Part shown: one piece after another, positions 48,199 through 52,125 of the stretch
How positions within the stretch are numbered: position 1 is the first letter of the stretch
How the letters are laid out: each line of letters starts with the position of its first letter
Origin: Dehalococcoidia bacterium
Lineage (GTDB): Bacteria > Chloroflexota > Dehalococcoidia > Lucifugimonadales > UBA3495
Direction of reading: 5' to 3'
Assembly (NCBI GenBank): GCA_030740155.1
Contig: JASLXV010000092.1
Coordinates: 1-52,125, forward strand
DNA length: 52,125 nt
Program-made: the position numbers and the translations under genes
The notes under the pieces: generated by a model
Databases searched by the model: none
What the model saw: the letters and a program-made list of their open reading frames with translations, nothing else
What the model was told of the DNA's origin: nothing

Positions 48199-48600
48199 CA
48201 CTAATTCAACTCGATTGCTGACGATTGCCATTCCGAGCCCTTCGGCCCGGCCGCTCCTTAAATCCCGGTTCGCTACTTCGAGGTGAACTCCGGCCCAAGG
48301 TCGAGAGTCTCGACGAAGCCGGCCCCTTTGGCACCGTAGGGGCGATTCGCGAATCGTCCTTACGGGACGGACCCGTCATACCGGGCGGGCAACACCCATT
48401 TTCACCCGCCGTTGGCGCCCCGCTTTGTCTGGCCGAACCCCCTCCGAATGCCCGCTTCGGATTGGACCGCCGGACGGGCATGCCAACCGTATCCTACCCA
48501 TACTTACTGTGGTGTTACCCATGTCCCCGGTTTTGGAATCTTCCTCGATCAGTCGTGCCGGAGAGCGAAAAACTGCGGTGAAGAGAGGGAGAGAGTTTGC

Positions 48601-48629
48601 TTGACAGCCCATGGCCTCACTGCTAGACT
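48601..48629 (+). promoter_or_regulatory. sigma70 promoter of the second aldolase
   Basis: TTGACA-N17-TAGACT with TGn. Confidence 0.7.
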
Positions 48630-48682
48630 CGCCCCGGCCAGAAGGAGCGGATTCCGGCGAAGTCGCCGGAAAAGGGGGACCC

Positions 48683-49468
48683 ATGCCATACAAGAATGCC
48701 CTGAGAGAGAAGCTGCGTCAGGGCAAGCCTGTTCTCGGAGCTTTTTTCAAAGAGATGTCCCCCAACATGGCTGAGATGATGGGTGTGATCGGGCTGGACT
48801 TCATCATCGTGGACTGCGAGCATAGCCCGATGACCACGGAGACCGCCGGCGAGATCTATCGCGCGGCTCAGCTTTACTCCGTTACCACTTTGACCCGAAT
48901 CGGTGAAAATACCCAGCAGAGCATCCAGAAATACCTGGACGCTGGTAGTGAGGGCGTCCAGATTCCTCTCATCAACACGGCAGAGGCCGCCCAGGCGGTG
49001 GTGGACGCGGTCAAGTATCCGCCCGTCGGCAAGCGCGGCATGGCGGGGCCTCGCCTGGCGGGCTACGGCCGGATCGGGACCGCCGATTTCATCCAGCAGT
49101 GGAACGAGGAGAGCCTGGTCTGCATTCAGATCGAGACTCCGGAGGGAATAGCCAACTGCCCCGAGATTCTCAAGGTGCCCGGCATCGACATCGTCTTCTT
49201 CGGGCCCATGGACCTTTCGGTGGCACTGGGTTACCCCGGCCAGGTTTCTCATCCCGAGGTTGTCGAGGTGATCGAGGACCTAGGCCGCCAGGTCATCGAG
49301 GCCGGCAAAGTGGCGGGCACCATCGTGAGTAACTTGGACCAGTACAAGCAGTACCGGGGCAAGGGATTTCTCTACTGCGCCTCCGTGGTTACGGTCTTCC
49401 TGATGCAGGGCGCCAAGGATTACGTGACGACACTTGGCGAGTACGAAAAGAGCTTGGGAGGTCCCTAG
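48683..49468 (+). CDS. HpcH/HpaI class II aldolase family protein
   Basis: VDCEHSP, LDAG..GVQIP, KYPPVGKRG, QIET and FFGPMDLS motifs. Confidence 0.9.
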   Translation: MPYKNALREKLRQGKPVLGAFFKEMSPNMAEMMGVIGLDFIIVDCEHSPMTTETAGEIYRAAQLYSVTTLTRIGENTQQSIQKYLDAGSEGVQIPLINTAEAAQAVVDAVKYPPVGKRGMAGPRLAGYGRIGTADFIQQWNEESLVCIQIETPEGIANCPEILKVPGIDIVFFGPMDLSVALGYPGQVSHPEVVEVIEDLGRQVIEAGKVAGTIVSNLDQYKQYRGKGFLYCASVVTVFLMQGAKDYVTTLGEYEKSLGGP

Positions 49469-49571
49469 CGCCGGTCCCCGCGGGGTCACGGGGTTGGGGG
49501 AAACTACTTGATCCCGGAAATCCCGAATTAGACGCTTTGCCGTAGGGCTTGTGCCGTTACGGCAGGAGGCA

Positions 49572-50201
49572 ATGATGCCGGATGAGGGCAAAATCCAGTG
49601 GTTGCACACCGCGCGGAACCTTAAAGAGATGGAGGATCGGTACAACCAGTGGGCCTCGGAATACGATACTGATCTCAGGGATGATTTCGCCTACAACGGT
49701 CCTCAGACGGCCACGTCGCTGCTGCGCCGCCACGTGCCAATAGGCGCCCGGATTCTGGACGCCGGCGCCGGGACCGGCCTGGTGGGCCAATGCCTTGCCA
49801 ATCTGGGGTACACCGATCTGACGGCCATGGATCTGTCGCCGGCGATGCTCGAGGAGTCCCGCAAGAAGAACCTGTACCGGGAGATTCACCAGATGGTCAT
49901 GGGAGAGCCTCTGGGCTTTCCCAGCCACGCCTTCGACGCCGTTATCAGCGTCGGAGTGTTCACCATGGGCCATGCCCCGGCCAGCTCCTTCGACGAGTTG
50001 GTTCGTGTGACCAAGCCGGGAGGATACCTGGTTTTCAGCATCCGGCTCGACGCCTTCGAAGCCGGTGGCTTCGACCAGAAGCTGGCCTCGCTGGAGGCAG
50101 AACGTCAATGGGAACTGGTGGAAGTCACCGATCGCTTCGCACCATTGCCCAAAGGCGAGCCCGACATCTTCTACCGGGTTTGGGTGTACCGGGTCAACTA
50201 G
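49572..50201 (+). CDS. class I SAM-dependent methyltransferase (METTL27-like)
   Basis: YNQWASEYD, ILDAGAGTGLVG, DLSPAML and RVTKPGG motifs; SD AGGAGG. Confidence 0.9.
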   Translation: MMPDEGKIQWLHTARNLKEMEDRYNQWASEYDTDLRDDFAYNGPQTATSLLRRHVPIGARILDAGAGTGLVGQCLANLGYTDLTAMDLSPAMLEESRKKNLYREIHQMVMGEPLGFPSHAFDAVISVGVFTMGHAPASSFDELVRVTKPGGYLVFSIRLDAFEAGGFDQKLASLEAERQWELVEVTDRFAPLPKGEPDIFYRVWVYRVN

Positions 50202-50728
50202 ACCGGAAATCGTTATCAGGGACCGGGCGGGGGCTCGCTGGCAGAGGCTGGATCCCGCTTCACTGGCGGATCTCCACGAGGGGTTCCCCTGGGCTTTCCT
50301 GATGAACTCTTTCCACCCGAGCAGGAAACCGACCGGGCACACCGGCGCCTGATGCCCTCACCAGGTTTCAGCCGGGGTGGAACATCACTCCTCGGCTTGG
50401 TGCTGCTCGACATAATCAGTGCCACACCTCTCTCGGCCCGCACCGCAGCTTATCCGAAGCCGAATTCGCCGAGACTCCGGATCCGCTGAACCTTGCCGCG
50501 CGGCCCCGGCTGGGTTGCCGCCGGCCGGCCCCTCCCGTCGCCATCGAGCACGGCCGTTCGCTAAACCCCGAAGCACCTGGCATCGCCGTGAAGACCACGG
50601 ATGTATCTGAGGCACCAGAATGAAAGCGTGGGTAGCCCTACGTCTTTCCCCTTCTCTGCACCGAGATCCTGTAGCCGTTCTTGGGTGTGCTAGCACTGGC
50701 CAAAGTGGGATTACCCTCCAATTCGAAA

Positions 50729-50811
50729 AGGTGGAAGCCCTATGTTGGGTACCGCTCTCACCGTACACACTTACAGTACATGAATGTGGCTAGGGGAGAA
50801 ACAGGCCACTT
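50729..50811 (+). promoter_or_regulatory. candidate c-di-GMP-II-like riboswitch in the archaellin leader
   Basis: P1 AGGTGG/CCACTT; GGAAGC 5' motif; AGCC/GGCT; loop CTCTC able to pair with GGGAG; 3' motif CTAG-GGGAG-AAA-CA-GGC; no clear kink-turn. Confidence 0.4.
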
Positions 50812-50829
50812 CCTCGAGGAGGGGAATCG

Positions 50830-51456
50830 ATGTCAAAGATGATAAGCGGGAAATTTGGTGGGGTGATCCAGCGCTTGCGGGACCAGCGGGGAATTACCGG
50901 ACTGGAGACGGCTATCGTGCTGATCGCCTTCGTGGTGGTCTCATCGGTGTTCGCCTTCGCGGCGCTGTCAACCTGCCTGTTCTCCAGCGACAAAGCCAAG
51001 GAGACCATTCAGGCTGGCCTGGCGGAGACCCGGGGCAGCATGGAACTCAAAGGCTCGGTAATTCTGACCTCTTCCACCACGGGAACATCGGGAGTGGTGT
51101 CAGACATCGCCTTCCAGGTGGCCAGCGCGGCCGGCGGTGAGTCCATCGACTTGACCCCGGGCAAGACCATCATTAAGTACACCGACAGCACGCAGTCGAA
51201 GATCTTCCAGTCTACGTCCGGGTTCACCGTAACTTCGCTGGGAACCGCCGACGCGGACAAGCTGCTGGAGCGCAACGAGGTGTACGAGATTCAGATGATC
51301 GACCTGGAAACGACCGGGGCCGGCAACGACACGCTGACCAGCCAACTGATGACCAACAAGACGTTCAGCCTGGAAGTGATCCCGCCCTCCGGCGCGGTGC
51401 TGTTCATCGAGCGGACCACGCCGGTGTTCCTGGACACCACAACCTCGCTTAACTAG
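50830..51456 (+). CDS. archaellin (archaeal flagellin, ArlB/FlaB family)
   Basis: Class III signal peptide RDQRG|ITGLETAIVLIAFVVVSSVFAF; DADKLLERNE and FSLEVIPPSGAVLFIERTTP motifs. Confidence 0.9.
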   Translation: MSKMISGKFGGVIQRLRDQRGITGLETAIVLIAFVVVSSVFAFAALSTCLFSSDKAKETIQAGLAETRGSMELKGSVILTSSTTGTSGVVSDIAFQVASAAGGESIDLTPGKTIIKYTDSTQSKIFQSTSGFTVTSLGTADADKLLERNEVYEIQMIDLETTGAGNDTLTSQLMTNKTFSLEVIPPSGAVLFIERTTPVFLDTTTSLN

Positions 51457-51483
51457 ACCCTTTAACGAGGCGTTCTCTGCGCC

Positions 51484-51525
51484 GACCGAGCCCCGTGCGC
51501 CCTCTCGGGGCTCGGTCATTCATTC
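51484..51525 (+). terminator. intrinsic terminator after the archaellin gene
   Basis: 11-bp stem GACCGAGCCCC/GGGGCTCGGTC followed by ATTCATTC. Confidence 0.65.
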
Positions 51526-51659
51526 TCCAGCCGGCAGCCAATGTTGGGGAGATAGCGTTGCGTTCCGGATGAGCTTTCTTGCTGGTCCGGGTATGCTCCA
51601 TAACCCCAGAAACGAAAGGCCCCCGGACCAGCCGGAGGCCTCATTTCGGATACGATTGT

Positions 51660-51706
51660 TGGTACGCCTGGCGGGATTCGAACCCACAACCCCTGGGTCC
51701 GAAGCC
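51660..51706 (-). mobile_element. 3' fragment of tRNA-Arg(TCG), att site of an integrative element lying to the right
   Basis: Reverse complement GGCTTCGGACCCAGGGGTTGTGGGTTCGAATCCCGCCAGGCGTACCA; 5' acceptor strand and D-arm absent. Confidence 0.8.
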
Positions 51707-51822
51707 TAAGTGTACACGTCTTGCTCCATCCCGGCAGATACGTTTCCGTACCTTTGTGCTAAACCATCGGCGAAGAATTCATAGCTGCCGTCTTACCTCG
51801 TCACGTCTGGTCCCCGCCAGTC

Positions 51823-51845
51823 CGTTAGCAAAAGCGTTAGCAAAA
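51823..51845. repeat. direct repeat CGTTAGCAAAA x2 (candidate integrase arm-type sites)
   Basis: 11-bp unit with 12-bp period, about 115 bp inside the att fragment. Confidence 0.55.
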
Positions 51846-52125
51846 ACCATACCTGGCTCAGATGCGAACACCCGTCCGCCGACACGGCCTCATTGCCCCA
51901 TCGTCGTCCGCTTCGATACCGTCCCCTCATGGGCCACTACTACCGGTTCAAGCGGGGCGACCCCGTGACCATCGTCTCGGGGCGATGCAAGGGCCACCAG
52001 GGCGCCGTTGACAGCGCCGTATTCCAGAGGACCGTGGACTACCCCGACGAGTTTGCGGCTGGGTATTATCGGCGGGGCATAATTCTCGCTGACAGTCCAC
52101 AGCGCCTGAGATCCACCCTTGAGAT

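Noticed and set aside
4769..50342. Many long antisense or alternative-frame ORFs (e.g. 13298..14749, 24234..25898, 41784..43319)
   Set aside because: Shadow ORFs expected from high-GC codon bias opposite well-supported genes; no motifs or ribosome-binding sites.
51660..51740. Intact tRNA-Arg gene
   Set aside because: No 5' acceptor strand or D-arm, and the anticodon stem is mismatched; it is an att fragment.
51579..52125. ORF 51579..51968 and a TPR-like snippet (AAGYYRRGIILA) near the window end
   Set aside because: The ORF is mostly the antisense tRNA fragment and att repeats; the snippet is too short to call.

Overview
GC-rich bacterial chromosomal segment. The gene content (F420 biosynthesis with an LLM oxidoreductase, several SDR, crotonase and HpcH paralogues, an archaeal-type FBP aldolase/phosphatase, an archaellin) points to Chloroflexota, probably Dehalococcoidia/SAR202-like; this is an inference. 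Both ends touch tRNA-anchored integrative elements: an intact tRNA-Lys(CTT) with RHH and HTH genes at the left, and a 3' fragment of tRNA-Arg(TCG) with arm-like repeats at the right. Core genes include gyrA, folC, fabF, ruvB, cofGHDC, fabI, fbp and aspS. Most notable: (1) a UGSC-family selenoprotein split in the ORF track at an in-frame TGA followed by a SECIS-like hairpin, with its partner gene; (2) an unannotated ~300-nt, highly structured minus-strand transcription unit with its own promoter, small ORF and terminator (15181-15519); (3) a stand-alone archaellin gene behind a leader resembling a c-di-GMP-II riboswitch; (4) a bad/ali-type cyclohexanecarboxylate ring-opening cluster with divergent enzymes; (5) MITE-like shells carrying REP palindromes. 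All calls were made by eye from motifs; no database searches were run.
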